A stretch of DNA of 64,000 nucleotides from Atopobiaceae bacterium (GTDB taxonomy: Bacteria > Actinomycetota > Coriobacteriia > Coriobacteriales > Atopobiaceae), in contig JAFWIE010000058.1 in assembly GCA_017533825.1 (NCBI GenBank), positions 17,728-81,727 of the forward strand, given 5' to 3'. The position numbers and the translations under genes were made by a program. Below, piece after piece: positions 49,242-58,286 of the stretch (positions within the stretch are counted from its first letter, which is position 1; each line of letters begins with the position of its first letter). The notes beneath the pieces are model-generated. The model was not told where the DNA came from. It worked only from the letters and a program-made list of their open reading frames with translations, and searched no databases.

Positions 49242-50345
49242 CTACATCCTTACGGGCATGAGGAGGTACAGATAGTTGATGGAGGCATACGACTTGAAGA
49301 TGGCTGGCTGCATGGAGCTGAGCAGCTCGAGCGTCACATCCGCATCGGACGAGACGGCCGCCACGCAGTCGAGCACGAAGTGGAAGTTCAGCGCTATGGA
49401 CATCGACTCGCCCTCGATCTCCACGCCCATCATCTCGCTCGCCTCGCCCTGATCGGGTGACGAGGCGGAGAGGCGCAGCACCCCTCCGTCGGCGTCCGCG
49501 TCGAAGCGCACGGAGGGGTTCGACTGCGCGATGACCGAGACGCGGCGGAGCGCCTGCGCCAGCTGCTGGGCGTCAATGCGCACGACGGCATTCTGGGAGG
49601 TGGGGAGGAGTTGGCGGAAGTTGGGGAAGTTGCCCTCGATGCGCCGCGAGACGTAGGTGGTGCTTCCGAACGAGAAGACGACCTGGCTCGCGGTGATGCC
49701 AATGGTGATGCGCTCCGTCATGGACGGCAGCGACAGCACGTCGTGGAACGTGACGCCCGGTACAATGGCCTCAAACGCCTCGTCGGACTGAGACGTCTCG
49801 GTATTGGAGTCGCACACCGCCAGACGGTACGAGTCCGTGGCCACCAAGCGAATGGTGTTGTTCTCCACCGTGAGCAGCACGCCAGAGAGGATGGGGCGGG
49901 AGGTGTCCTTGCTCGTCACCTTGTACACCTTGTCCACCATGCTGGAGAGGAGCTCGCTCGGCAGCTCGATGGAGCGATCCGGCTCGATGGATGGGAACTC
50001 GGGGAAGTCGGCGGGGGAGAGTGTGTTGAGCCTGAAGTGCGACCGCTCGCACGACAGCCGCATCTGGGTGCCGTCGTCCTCGAAGGAGACCGCTGAATCC
50101 GGAAGGTTTTTCACCACGTTGGAAAGTGTCTTGCCCGAGACGACCGTCTCGCCCGGCTCCTCCACGTTTGCCGCGATGGCATGACGGATTGAAATGTTGC
50201 CGTTGGTGCTCTGGAACTCGATGCAGCCGTCCTCGGCTGTGATTTTGACCCCTGCCAGAATCGGCTGGCCTGATGTGGACGCGATGCCCTTGGAGACGAC
50301 GCTGAGCGCGCGCATGAGCGCGGACTGGCTTACGATGAACTTCAT
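49242..50345 (-). CDS. dnaN: DNA polymerase III beta sliding clamp
   Basis: 367-aa ORF starting MKFIVSQSALMRALSV, in the conserved position after dnaA. Confidence 0.95.
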   Translation of the reverse strand: MKFIVSQSALMRALSVVSKGIASTSGQPILAGVKITAEDGCIEFQSTNGNISIRHAIAANVEEPGETVVSGKTLSNVVKNLPDSAVSFEDDGTQMRLSCERSHFRLNTLSPADFPEFPSIEPDRSIELPSELLSSMVDKVYKVTSKDTSRPILSGVLLTVENNTIRLVATDSYRLAVCDSNTETSQSDEAFEAIVPGVTFHDVLSLPSMTERITIGITASQVVFSFGSTTYVSRRIEGNFPNFRQLLPTSQNAVVRIDAQQLAQALRRVSVIAQSNPSVRFDADADGGVLRLSASSPDQGEASEMMGVEIEGESMSIALNFHFVLDCVAAVSSDADVTLELLSSMQPAIFKSYASINYLYLLMPVRM

Positions 50346-50608
50346 CTCTCCCCCTGTTCTTATTAATTAGTTCTTAGAGAATACAGTAGTAGTAACAAGG
50401 TATGTTCAAATGTGGACAACATTGTATTCACGCAGGTAGATGCCGGTATTATGCGGTCGCTTCCCTCAACGTGTTCTCGCGGTGTTCGACTTTCTTCACA
50501 CAATCGAAAGACGCTTTGAACACTTGTTGTGGGTTTGTATGCTCCTCTCTACACGGCGTCTACGGGTTTTGAACACGTCGTATTACGGATGTGGTCGCTG
50601 GTTTGGGG
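50346..50608. other. dnaA-dnaN intergenic region: candidate oriC segment
   Basis: 263-nt non-coding gap. It contains an AT-rich stretch (ttcttattaattagttcttagagaatacagtagtagtaa), one consensus actinobacterial DnaA box and four GAACAC/GTGTTC hexamers. Confidence 0.5.
50411..50419. promoter_or_regulatory. DnaA box TGTGGACAA (= TTGTCCACA)
   Basis: Exact match to the TTGTCCACA consensus used by high-GC Gram-positive bacteria. Confidence 0.6.
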
Positions 50609-52072
50609 CTACTCGAGGATCTGGTCGCGGATGCGCGCGACGCGGTCCTGGAGCACGCGATCCTCGCGCATGCCCTCCTCGATGACGCCGATGCTGTGCT
50701 TGACGGTGGCGTGGGTGCGGCCGCCGAAGTGCTTGCCGATGTCGGCGAGGGTGTTGTCGGTGAGCTCGCGGGTGAGCCAGATGGCAATGTGGCGGGGCTC
50801 CATGAGCTCCTTGTTGCGCTTCGCGCCCACGAGTTGCGCGTGGTCGATCCCGTAGCTTCGCTCGACGGCCTCTTGGATCTTGTCCACCGTGACGCGCCGC
50901 TGCCCGGACGGCCACTTCTGCTCGGCCGCGCTGACCACGTCTTCCTCGGTCAGGTGCTCTCCGGCCGCTTCGCGCTGGTAGGCAAGCATGAGGCACGACT
51001 GCACGTAGCCCTCGATGACGCGGATGTTGGTGCCCGCGAGTTCCGCCATGCGTCGCCTGAGACTCTCGTCGATGTGCGCGTCGATGCCGGGGACGCGCTG
51101 CTCACGGGCGTCCGCCCGCATACGCTCGTAGAAGGCGTCGATGAGCTGCAGCTTGAGCTCGTAGTCGGGCACCTGGATGGAGACCGTCATGCCGGAGTCG
51201 AGCCTGCTCGTCACGCGCTCGTCGAAGCGCGACTGGCCCATACCCAGCTCCGAGGGAGTGCGGTCGGCAGCTAGAACGATCTGCTTGCCGTGGTTAATGA
51301 GGTAGTTGAAGGTGTCGTAGAAGAACCCGATGGTGCCCGCCGCCGTGCTCATGAGCTGTATGTCGTCGATGATGAGCACGTCGATGGCGTGGTAGTTCGC
51401 GGCGAGGGCCTCGGCTGCGCCGGTGCGCGCGTTCTTCATGGCCTTGGTGTAGTCATCGATGAAGTCCGTCGCAACGCGATAGGCGCAGAGCCGCTCGGGA
51501 TCGTTCTGGGCGATGTAATTCTGTATGGCGCGGAGCAGGTGCGTCTTTCCGAGCCCGCTTTTGCCATATATGAAGAGTGGGTTATAGTTACGGCTTCCGT
51601 TGGCGACCTGCTTCGCGGCGTCGAGGGCGAACTTGTTCTGTGGGCCTTCCACGAAGCGGTCGAACGTGAGCGTCGAACCCACGTCGCTGAGGTCTTCCAC
51701 GAGCGGATTTGGCTCCGGCGCAGCGCGTTTCTCGACCGTGGCCTCTGGAGGTGGCACGGGTGCAGGGGCTGGTCGCATCGGAGCGCGCTCGGGACGTTGC
51801 CTCTTGGGCTCCGCGCGACCGAGCTCAACCACCACACTCATCTGGGTGAATGCGGCGTCGGTCGCCGCGTCGTCAAGGTCCTGCGCGATGCGAGCGAGCG
51901 TACGCTGCACGAATCGCGAGGTGGTGAGCACGTGCAGAGACTCATCGTCCATCGAGGAGGCTTTGCAGCTCTTGAGCATGGCGGTGGTCGAAGCGGGGAG
52001 GTCGCCGGCCTCGAGGGTCGCAATGATGTCGTCCCAAAGCGCCTCGGCATCCGATTCGTTTGTGGTATCCAT
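50609..52072 (-). CDS. dnaA: Chromosomal replication initiator protein DnaA
   Basis: ORF 50609..52105. The start MDTTNESD at 52072 follows AAGGAG. Contains Walker A GKSGLGKTHLL and domain IV HTH GKHFGGRTHATVKHS. Confidence 0.95.
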   Translation of the reverse strand: MDTTNESDAEALWDDIIATLEAGDLPASTTAMLKSCKASSMDDESLHVLTTSRFVQRTLARIAQDLDDAATDAAFTQMSVVVELGRAEPKRQRPERAPMRPAPAPVPPPEATVEKRAAPEPNPLVEDLSDVGSTLTFDRFVEGPQNKFALDAAKQVANGSRNYNPLFIYGKSGLGKTHLLRAIQNYIAQNDPERLCAYRVATDFIDDYTKAMKNARTGAAEALAANYHAIDVLIIDDIQLMSTAAGTIGFFYDTFNYLINHGKQIVLAADRTPSELGMGQSRFDERVTSRLDSGMTVSIQVPDYELKLQLIDAFYERMRADAREQRVPGIDAHIDESLRRRMAELAGTNIRVIEGYVQSCLMLAYQREAAGEHLTEEDVVSAAEQKWPSGQRRVTVDKIQEAVERSYGIDHAQLVGAKRNKELMEPRHIAIWLTRELTDNTLADIGKHFGGRTHATVKHSIGVIEEGMREDRVLQDRVARIRDQILE

Positions 52073-52134
52073 TGGTCTCCTTGTAGAAGCATGGTGATGA
52101 AACAACAGTATATGATGAAAACCGCGCTCGGGGA

Positions 52135-52143
52135 TGTGGAGAA
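52135..52143. promoter_or_regulatory. DnaA box TGTGGAGAA (= TTCTCCACA) upstream of dnaA
   Basis: One mismatch to TTGTCCACA. It fits the TT(G/C)TCCACA variant. On the minus strand it lies about 30 nt upstream of a TATACT hexamer. Confidence 0.45.
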
Positions 52144-52202
52144 TGTAGAAAAATCGGCATCTGCCCGCATCGTGTCAACATTCACGAGTCCACGGCGTGG
52201 GG

Positions 52203-53267
52203 TCAGCGCTGTAGATACGCCTGTCCCATGGAGGTGAGTCGACGCTTCTGCCCGTCCTTCCTCACGAGGCCCTGGTCCTCGAGCGCCTGCAGCTCGCGCG
52301 TCCAGGTTGGCTGCGACCCGCCGAGGGCCCGCGCGAGGTCGGAGGGCCCGACGGAATCGTGCGTTCGGAGGTATTGAAGAATCGCCTCGCCGCGCGAAGA
52401 GATGTTGACCCAGGGGAAGCCTCCGCCGGACGTGCCGGACTCGTCGCCAGGTGCTGCGGCACCCCAGGGTGGAGCCTGAGCTGGTGCCTGGGCAGCGTAG
52501 GGCGCCTGCCAGGACTGCGGAGGCCAGCCCTGCTGTTGGTAGGGCTGCTGGGGCCAGCCCTGCTGTGGTTGCTGCCAGCCTTGTTGCGCGGGGTACGGTT
52601 GTTGCTGCCAGCCCTGCGGCGGTTGCTGCTGGGGCCAGCCCTGCGTTGCCTGTTGCCAGCCCTGCTGCGGTGCCTGCGGTGAGTTCTGCTGGTACGAGGG
52701 CCAGGGCTGCTGCGTCTGGGTGGGGGAGAGCGACGCCGCTGAGGCTTGGGGGCCTGCGGATGCGGATATCGTCACGACGGTGCCGCCGGCCATGTTGTCC
52801 TCGATCAGGAGCGAGCCGCCCTTGTCGGCCATGTACTGTTGGACGTAGGGGAGGCCCGATCCAACGCCGCGGATGTAGCGGCGCATCTCCTCGGTTGCCG
52901 ACGTCGTGCCGTATTGCAACGCCCGGTCCTTCTGGCGGATGCCGGGGCCTTGGTCCGAGAACCGTATGGTGTTGCCGTGGTCGAGGATCGAGACCGTCGG
53001 TTCTATGAAGTAAGCGTGAATGAGGTTCTCGACGATTTCGCGAATCACCATGAAGGGAATCATCCCACCTTGTGCTTGGGCGAGCTGGGTGACCTGCAGG
53101 GTGATTTCCTCGAGGTATGCGCGCACGTCCTTGGGCGCAACCTCGACGACGCGCGGCGCGGCCGCGGCATCGTCATAGACGGCGATGCGCGCCGGATGGC
53201 GCGGCTCGAGCGGATTCTCTGCCGGAGCCTGTCCGTTTTCGACGAAGGGATAGAAGTCCTCTGCCAC
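52203..53267 (-). CDS. GHKL-type ATPase domain / QGW-repeat linker / winged-HTH protein
   Basis: ORF 52203..53753. The N-terminal part of that ORF crosses an AT-rich non-coding-looking stretch and the rpmH promoter, so the start is placed at GTG 53267; the ATG at 53330 is an alternative. Bergerat-fold motifs IREIVENLIHA, SDQGPGI and GVGSGL. Seven QGW(P/Q)QQ-like repeats. C-terminal ILQYLRTHDSVGPSDLARALGGSQPTWTRELQALEDQGLVRK. Confidence 0.65.
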   Translation of the reverse strand: MAEDFYPFVENGQAPAENPLEPRHPARIAVYDDAAAAPRVVEVAPKDVRAYLEEITLQVTQLAQAQGGMIPFMVIREIVENLIHAYFIEPTVSILDHGNTIRFSDQGPGIRQKDRALQYGTTSATEEMRRYIRGVGSGLPYVQQYMADKGGSLLIEDNMAGGTVVTISASAGPQASAASLSPTQTQQPWPSYQQNSPQAPQQGWQQATQGWPQQQPPQGWQQQPYPAQQGWQQPQQGWPQQPYQQQGWPPQSWQAPYAAQAPAQAPPWGAAAPGDESGTSGGGFPWVNISSRGEAILQYLRTHDSVGPSDLARALGGSQPTWTRELQALEDQGLVRKDGQKRRLTSMGQAYLQR

Positions 53268-53611
53268 GCGTAACCCGAACCTTTCTACAAACCATGAACG
53301 TTGGAAGAAAACTTTCAAGACAATTCTCATGTGAAAGAAAGTTTTCAACGGAAGTGAATAACGTGATGAAAACTCGTGAATATTGCCTTCCAACAACGCG
53401 AAAATTCTAGCACGAAGCATGCACATAAACGACTCTTTGAAATATTTCTTGCGCGCGAGGTGGGCAATGGCGCGATCTGGGGCTAATACTACGTCGGTTG
53501 AGAGCCTCTCGGTCACCGAGAGTTCCCGCGAGGTCACGCAGCGACGGCCCTGCCCAATGCGTACCGGATCCGGCGTGGTGGATGCAAGCCACACATACAT
53601 CACATCGGTTC

Positions 53612-53641
53612 TTGACAGACGCGCCACGGCTCCCCTACAAT
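53612..53641 (+). promoter_or_regulatory. rpmH promoter (TTGACA - 18 nt - TACAAT)
   Basis: Consensus -35 at 53612..53617 and near-consensus -10 at 53636..53641, 65 nt upstream of the rpmH ATG. Confidence 0.65.
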
Positions 53642-53705
53642 CGGGAAACTTGAGTCTAACCTGCTGGGATAGTGCCCAGTCCACGGCTTTGCAACAGGAG
53701 GAACA

Positions 53706-53846
53706 ATGAAGCGCACGTATCAGCCCAACAAAAGGAAGCGCGCGAAGACCCACGGCTTCCGCGCCCGCATGGCAACCAAGGGTGGTCGTCAGGTACTGGC
53801 CCGCCGCCGCGCGAAGGGCCGCAAGCGCCTTACCGTCTCGGACTAG
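53706..53846 (+). CDS. rpmH: 50S ribosomal protein L34 (46 aa), missing from the ORF track
   Basis: Manual translation gives [56 protein letters not shown]. Confidence 0.95.
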   Translation: MKRTYQPNKRKRAKTHGFRARMATKGGRQVLARRRAKGRKRLTVSD

Positions 53847-53854
53847 CCTCTCGC

Positions 53855-54175
53855 ATGGAGACCATCAAATCCAGGAGGGAATTTGAGCAGGTCTTCTCCG
53901 CTGGGCGGCGCTATGGCAGCCCGCTCGTGCGGTTGTGCGTGTTCCGTGACCCGTCCGCGAAGGGAAGGGTCGCGTTTGTGGCGGCAAAGCGGCTCGGCAA
54001 CGCCGTGTTTCGTAACCGATGCAAGAGAGTACTGAGGGAGGCTGCCCGCGCATGCGAATTGCCATGCGCGGGTGCCGACGTCATTATGTTTGCGACGCGC
54101 GCGACGCATGACGCACACCCGGCGTCCGTCGCGGTGGATTTAGACAGACTGCTCACTAAGGCGCGCGTCCGATGA
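53855..54175 (+). CDS. rnpA: Ribonuclease P protein component
   Basis: ORF 53672..54175. The start [14 protein letters not shown] is at 53855. Contains [18 protein letters not shown] (RNR motif). Confidence 0.9.
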   Translation: METIKSRREFEQVFSAGRRYGSPLVRLCVFRDPSAKGRVAFVAAKRLGNAVFRNRCKRVLREAARACELPCAGADVIMFATRATHDAHPASVAVDLDRLLTKARVR

Positions 54176-54402
54176 GCGTTCCGAAGGGAGTTGCTGCGCG
54201 TTGTCTCACCTCGGCAATCCGCGGTTATCGCCACTATGTGTCTCCGCTGTTGCCTGACTCGTGCATATATAGCCCGACATGCTCGCAATATGCACTTGAG
54301 GCAATAGATAAGTATGGTGCCGCCCAGGGGAGTTGGCTTGCGTTTCGGCGCATCCTGAGGTGCAATCCCTTCCACAAGGGCGGCTTCGATCCCGTTCCAT
54401 AG
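54172..54402 (+). CDS. yidD: Membrane protein insertion efficiency factor YidD
   Basis: 76-aa ORF with an ATGA overlap with rnpA. Contains [27 protein letters not shown] and [14 protein letters not shown]. Confidence 0.9.
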   Translation: MSVPKGVAARCLTSAIRGYRHYVSPLLPDSCIYSPTCSQYALEAIDKYGAAQGSWLAFRRILRCNPFHKGGFDPVP

Positions 54403-54427
54403 ATAAGAAAGCGAAGGCGCTCATACC

Positions 54428-55201
54428 ATGTGGGAAGCATTTACCAATCTCATCACACAGGTTCTCACCGCGATATACGGGTTCTGCGGTGACTGGGGAC
54501 TTGCCATCATCATCCTCACGCTCATCGTGCGTCTGCTCATCATGCCGCTCATGACGCGCAGCACACGCTCGTCGGCAAAGATGCAGGTGTTGCAACCAAA
54601 GATGCAGGAGCTGCAGGAGCGTTACGCTGACGACCCCGAGCGGCTGCAGAAGGAGATGAGCAAGTTCTACTCCGAGAACAACTTCAACCCCCTCGGCGGA
54701 TGCCTGCCAATCTTGCTACAGATGCCGATATTCTTCGCATTGTTCGGCGTCATTCGTAGCGTTGGCGACCTCTCGGGTGGAACTGCCTCGTTCTACAACA
54801 TCGTGCCCGACCTCACCGTTGGCCCCGGTGCCGTTCTCGCGAGTTCCGGATGGGCGGCGGCTGCGGTCTACATCTTCCTCGACCTGCTGTTTGGTGTGCT
54901 CACGCTCGTTCCGATGCTCCTGAACAGCAGCATGAACAGCGACGCGCAGCAGCAGGGCACCGCGCGCACGATGGGCATCTTCATGGCGGTCTGGATGGTG
55001 TGGATCGGTTGGGGACTGCCCTCCGGCGTGCTGCTCTACTACAACACGTCGGCCCTGTGGCAGCTCGCCCAGCAGCAGTTGGTTACCAAGCGCGTCATGG
55101 ACCAGGCCAAGGCCGAAGCCGAGGCCGATTTGGCGAACAAGCCCATTGAGATTGACGTGGTGCGTCGCGATCGCAAGAAGCGCCCGCACAAGAAGGGCTA
55201 G
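54428..55201 (+). CDS. yidC: Membrane protein insertase YidC (short Gram-positive type)
   Basis: 257-aa ORF containing LAIIILTLIVRLLIMPL, GGCLPILLQMPIFFALF and a basic tail. Confidence 0.9.
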   Translation: MWEAFTNLITQVLTAIYGFCGDWGLAIIILTLIVRLLIMPLMTRSTRSSAKMQVLQPKMQELQERYADDPERLQKEMSKFYSENNFNPLGGCLPILLQMPIFFALFGVIRSVGDLSGGTASFYNIVPDLTVGPGAVLASSGWAAAAVYIFLDLLFGVLTLVPMLLNSSMNSDAQQQGTARTMGIFMAVWMVWIGWGLPSGVLLYYNTSALWQLAQQQLVTKRVMDQAKAEAEADLANKPIEIDVVRRDRKKRPHKKG

Positions 55202-55276
55202 AAAACACGAAGGACTAAGGGACGGGCATGGCACCTTGGTGCCATGCCCTTAAGCATAGAAATGGAGGTACCTCAC

Positions 55277-55849
55277 ATGGCGGATGAGATGACGGCCACT
55301 CCTGAGGTTGCCAAAGCGGAAGCGGAGGATCGTTACGCTGCGATGCGCGAGCGCTATGCGTCGGGCGAGGAGCTCACAGACGAGGATGTGGACACCATCG
55401 CTGACGTTGCCGTGGATTACCTGCGCAACGTGCTCGCGTTCTTTGGGGAGACGAAGGTGACGATCGATGAATACGAGGGCGATGACGGCGAGCTGATTCT
55501 CGACGTGACGGGTGGGGACCTGGCGGTGCTCATTGGCCGTCATGGTCGCACGCTCGACGCGCTGCAGATGGTCATCTCGTCCCTGATGAGTTCGTCGCTT
55601 CGTTTCCACTATCCCGTCGTCGTCGACGTCGAGGGATACAAGATGCGCCGCAAGGACAAGCTGCGCAACCTTGCGCTTTCTGCGGCGGCGCGTGCGAAGC
55701 GTCAGCACTCCAAGGTCACGCTTCCGCCCATGAATGCATATGAGCGCCGACTCGTGCACTTGGCACTTGTAGACGACGATGCGGTCACGACCCACTCGGA
55801 AGGAGAAGACCCCGCGCGCCGCGTGGTGGTCACTGCCTTGCGTGGGTAA
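55277..55849 (+). CDS. jag: Jag/KhpB-type KH + R3H RNA-binding protein
   Basis: ORF 55244..55849. ATG 55277 follows GGAGG. Contains LIGRHGRTLDALQ (KH) and YERRLVHLAL (R3H). Confidence 0.85.
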   Translation: MADEMTATPEVAKAEAEDRYAAMRERYASGEELTDEDVDTIADVAVDYLRNVLAFFGETKVTIDEYEGDDGELILDVTGGDLAVLIGRHGRTLDALQMVISSLMSSSLRFHYPVVVDVEGYKMRRKDKLRNLALSAAARAKRQHSKVTLPPMNAYERRLVHLALVDDDAVTTHSEGEDPARRVVVTALRG

Positions 55850-55850
55850 C

Positions 55851-56528
55851 GTGCGTACGCTCGCGACGCGGGAACAGTGGGCGACGCTCAGGCGACATCT
55901 CGAGTTGGTCGTCGAGCGGAACCAGACGGTGAACCTGACCCGCATCACGAGCTGGGACGAGGCCGTGTGCCTCCATATCGTAGATTCTCTGCTCCTGCAG
56001 GATGCCTTCGCCAAGGCGCCTGCGGGAGCTTTTGTCGACGTGGGGACCGGCGCAGGCTACCCCGGCATTCCCCTCGCCGTGGTCACCGGTCGAAATGCGA
56101 CGCTCATCGATTCGGTTGGGAAGAAGGCCTCCGCCGTACGTGACTTTGTACACGAGCTGGGCATGGATGAGCAAGTCCGTGTCGAATCAATGCGTGTCGA
56201 GGAACTCGCCCGCAAAGAGCGCGGGCGCTACGCCGTCGTGACGGCCCGTGCGGTGGCGCAGGCAGGCGTCATTATTGAGTACGCTGCGCCGTTGCTGTGT
56301 CGCGGAGGCCGCCTCGTGTTGGCGAAGGCACGCCCCTCAGACGAAGAGATGCACGTGGGGGATCGCGTCGCCGCGCTGTGTGGCATGCGTCGTGTTTCAC
56401 GTGAAACATATGAGCTCCCTGCCGACATGGGCCATCGGGAGATCATCTCGTATGAGCGCGTGGGAAACCCGCGCATCAAACTGCCGCGTGCGACGGGCAT
56501 GGCCCAACACCATCCTCTGGGAATGTGA
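55851..56528 (+). CDS. rsmG: 16S rRNA (guanine527-N7)-methyltransferase RsmG
   Basis: ORF 55779..56528. The start is probably GTG 55851, or GTG 55842 which overlaps jag. Contains DVGTGAGYPGIPLA (SAM motif). Confidence 0.85.
   Translation: MRTLATREQWATLRRHLELVVERNQTVNLTRITSWDEAVCLHIVDSLLLQDAFAKAPAGAFVDVGTGAGYPGIPLAVVTGRNATLIDSVGKKASAVRDFVHELGMDEQVRVESMRVEELARKERGRYAVVTARAVAQAGVIIEYAAPLLCRGGRLVLAKARPSDEEMHVGDRVAALCGMRRVSRETYELPADMGHREIISYERVGNPRIKLPRATGMAQHHPLGM
56393..56408. promoter_or_regulatory. parS centromere site, perfect TGTTTCACGTGAAACA
   Basis: Exact 16-bp palindromic parS consensus, inside the 3' end of rsmG. Confidence 0.85.
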
Positions 56529-56627
56529 GGTTTCCTCGGGGATGTGAGGGCGCCCGGCCTCCATCATCGCCAAGCCAAGAGAATCTTCTGGTTACATCTG
56601 TCCCATGTTGGGCGTATCCTATGGTTC

Positions 56628-56643
56628 CGTTTCACGTGGAACC
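56628..56643. promoter_or_regulatory. Degenerate parS-like site CGTTTCACGTGGAACC
   Basis: 13 of 16 positions match the parS consensus. It ends 20 nt upstream of the parA ATG. Confidence 0.5.
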
Positions 56644-56662
56644 TTTTTTGAAAGGAGCGTGC

Positions 56663-57424
56663 ATGGCGAACGTCATCGCGATCATTAACCAGAAGGGCGG
56701 GGTGGGAAAGTCCACCACTGCGGTGGACCTCTCTGCCGCACTCGGCGCCCAGGGAAAGCGTGTCCTGGTGGTTGACTTCGATCCTCAAGGTAATGCGACG
56801 AGTGGCTTTGGCATCGACAAGGACGATCTGAACCTCGACATCTACGATGCCCTGATGGACAACAAGCCCATTAGGGACGTGATTGTCGCCTCGTGTGCGC
56901 AGAACGTCGATGTGGCGCCGGCGACCATCGAGCTAGCAGGTGCCGAGATTGAGCTCGTGAGCGTCATGGCGCGCGAGAGCGTCCTGCGCTACGTTCTTGA
57001 CCCGGTACGTGACGCATACGACTACGTATTCGTGGACTGTCCGCCCTCGCTCGGGCTGCTGACGGTCAACGCCCTGGTCGCCGCCGACTCCCTTCTCATC
57101 CCCATACAATGCGAGTTCTACGCCCTTGAGGGACTCTCCAAGCTTCTGGAGTCGATGCGCATGGTAAAGGGACGCCTCAATCCCTCGCTGGACATCTTTG
57201 GCGTCCTCATGACGATGTTTGACGTGCGCACGACCCTCTCCCGTCAGGTGGTTGATGAGGTCCGTGCCTACTTTGGCGAGAAGGTCTTCCAGACGCTCAT
57301 TCCACGCAACGTCAAGCTCTCGGAAGCGCCGAGCCACGGTCTTCCGATCAACCTGTATGCCCCCACCAGCAAGGGGGCCTTGGCCTACGATGCCCTTGCC
57401 CTTGAGGTGATTTCGCATGGCTAA
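56663..57424 (+). CDS. parA: Chromosome partitioning ATPase ParA/Soj
   Basis: ORF 56525..57424. ATG 56663 follows AAGGAG. Contains the deviant Walker A NQKGGVGKSTT. Confidence 0.95.
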   Translation: MANVIAIINQKGGVGKSTTAVDLSAALGAQGKRVLVVDFDPQGNATSGFGIDKDDLNLDIYDALMDNKPIRDVIVASCAQNVDVAPATIELAGAEIELVSVMARESVLRYVLDPVRDAYDYVFVDCPPSLGLLTVNALVAADSLLIPIQCEFYALEGLSKLLESMRMVKGRLNPSLDIFGVLMTMFDVRTTLSRQVVDEVRAYFGEKVFQTLIPRNVKLSEAPSHGLPINLYAPTSKGALAYDALALEVISHG

Positions 57425-58286
57425 GCGCACCGGACTGGGTCGTGGCCTCGACGCACTTCTGGGCGAGACGGTCGGTGAGGTGAGGCATAGCTCCGATGCT
57501 CCCGGTCTGAGGGAGCTGCGCATCGAGGACGTGCAGCCAAATCCCGACCAACCGCGGCGCTCGTTCGACGAGGACGAGCTTGCGGAGCTTGCGGACTCGG
57601 TTGCACGTTGCGGGGTCCTGCAGCCTATCGTGGTGAGACCTTTCGGCGGCTCGTATCAGATCGTGGCAGGGGAGCGGAGGTATCAGGCGGCAAAGCGGGC
57701 CGGTCTTGCAACTGTGCCCGTCGTCGTGAGGGAGGTGAGCGACGAGGAGGTGCTTCAGCTCGCACTTGTCGAGAACCTCCAACGTTCGGACCTCAATCCC
57801 ATGGAGGCTGCACGTGGGTATCGCGACTTGGCGGCACAAAATGGTTTGACGCATGCCGAGGTTGCCGAAATCCTGAGCAAGTCACGCTCGGCCATCTCCA
57901 ACGCCATTCGCCTCCTCGACCTACCGGAGGAGGTCCAGGGGTATGTCGAGGATGGCTTGCTGAGTGCTGGGCACGCGCGCGCGATTCTTGCGGTTGCGGA
58001 CGACGAGGGCAAGTGTGCGCTTGCCCAGAAGGTAATCCGTGACGGACTCACGGTTCGTCAGACAGAAACCCTCGCTCCGTTGTTTTTTGTCAAAGATGAA
58101 TCGCATCGCGAGCCGAGGGCGGCAACCCCTCAATCGTACAAGGTGGCCGCGCGTCGTCTGGGGGAGGCGTTGGGGACCAAGGTTCGCGTGCGCACGGTGC
58201 GCGGGACGAACAAGGTCGAGATAGAATTTAGTGACGAGGAAGATTTGGAAGAACTCGTCGCACGAGTTATGGGAGGAGCATCATGA
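57417..58286 (+). CDS. parB: Chromosome partitioning protein ParB/Spo0J
   Basis: 289-aa ORF containing GLGRGLDALL, QPIVVR, GERRYQAAK and the HTH region HAEVAEILSKSRSAISN. Confidence 0.95.
   Translation: MAKRTGLGRGLDALLGETVGEVRHSSDAPGLRELRIEDVQPNPDQPRRSFDEDELAELADSVARCGVLQPIVVRPFGGSYQIVAGERRYQAAKRAGLATVPVVVREVSDEEVLQLALVENLQRSDLNPMEAARGYRDLAAQNGLTHAEVAEILSKSRSAISNAIRLLDLPEEVQGYVEDGLLSAGHARAILAVADDEGKCALAQKVIRDGLTVRQTETLAPLFFVKDESHREPRAATPQSYKVAARRLGEALGTKVRVRTVRGTNKVEIEFSDEEDLEELVARVMGGAS

Noticed and set aside
52480-52700. Near-tandem ccagccctgctg-type DNA repeats (possible CRISPR or VNTR)
   Set aside because: The repeats are short, irregular and lie in frame within a coding sequence, where they encode QGW(P/Q)QQ units. 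There are no unique spacers, so this is not a CRISPR array.
53268-53753. N-terminal 160 codons of the 516-aa ORF 52203..53753
   Set aside because: This part crosses the AT-rich non-coding-looking block, the consensus rpmH promoter and the rpmH start codon. Its composition is unlike the rest of the gene. The start was moved to 53267, with 53330 as an alternative.
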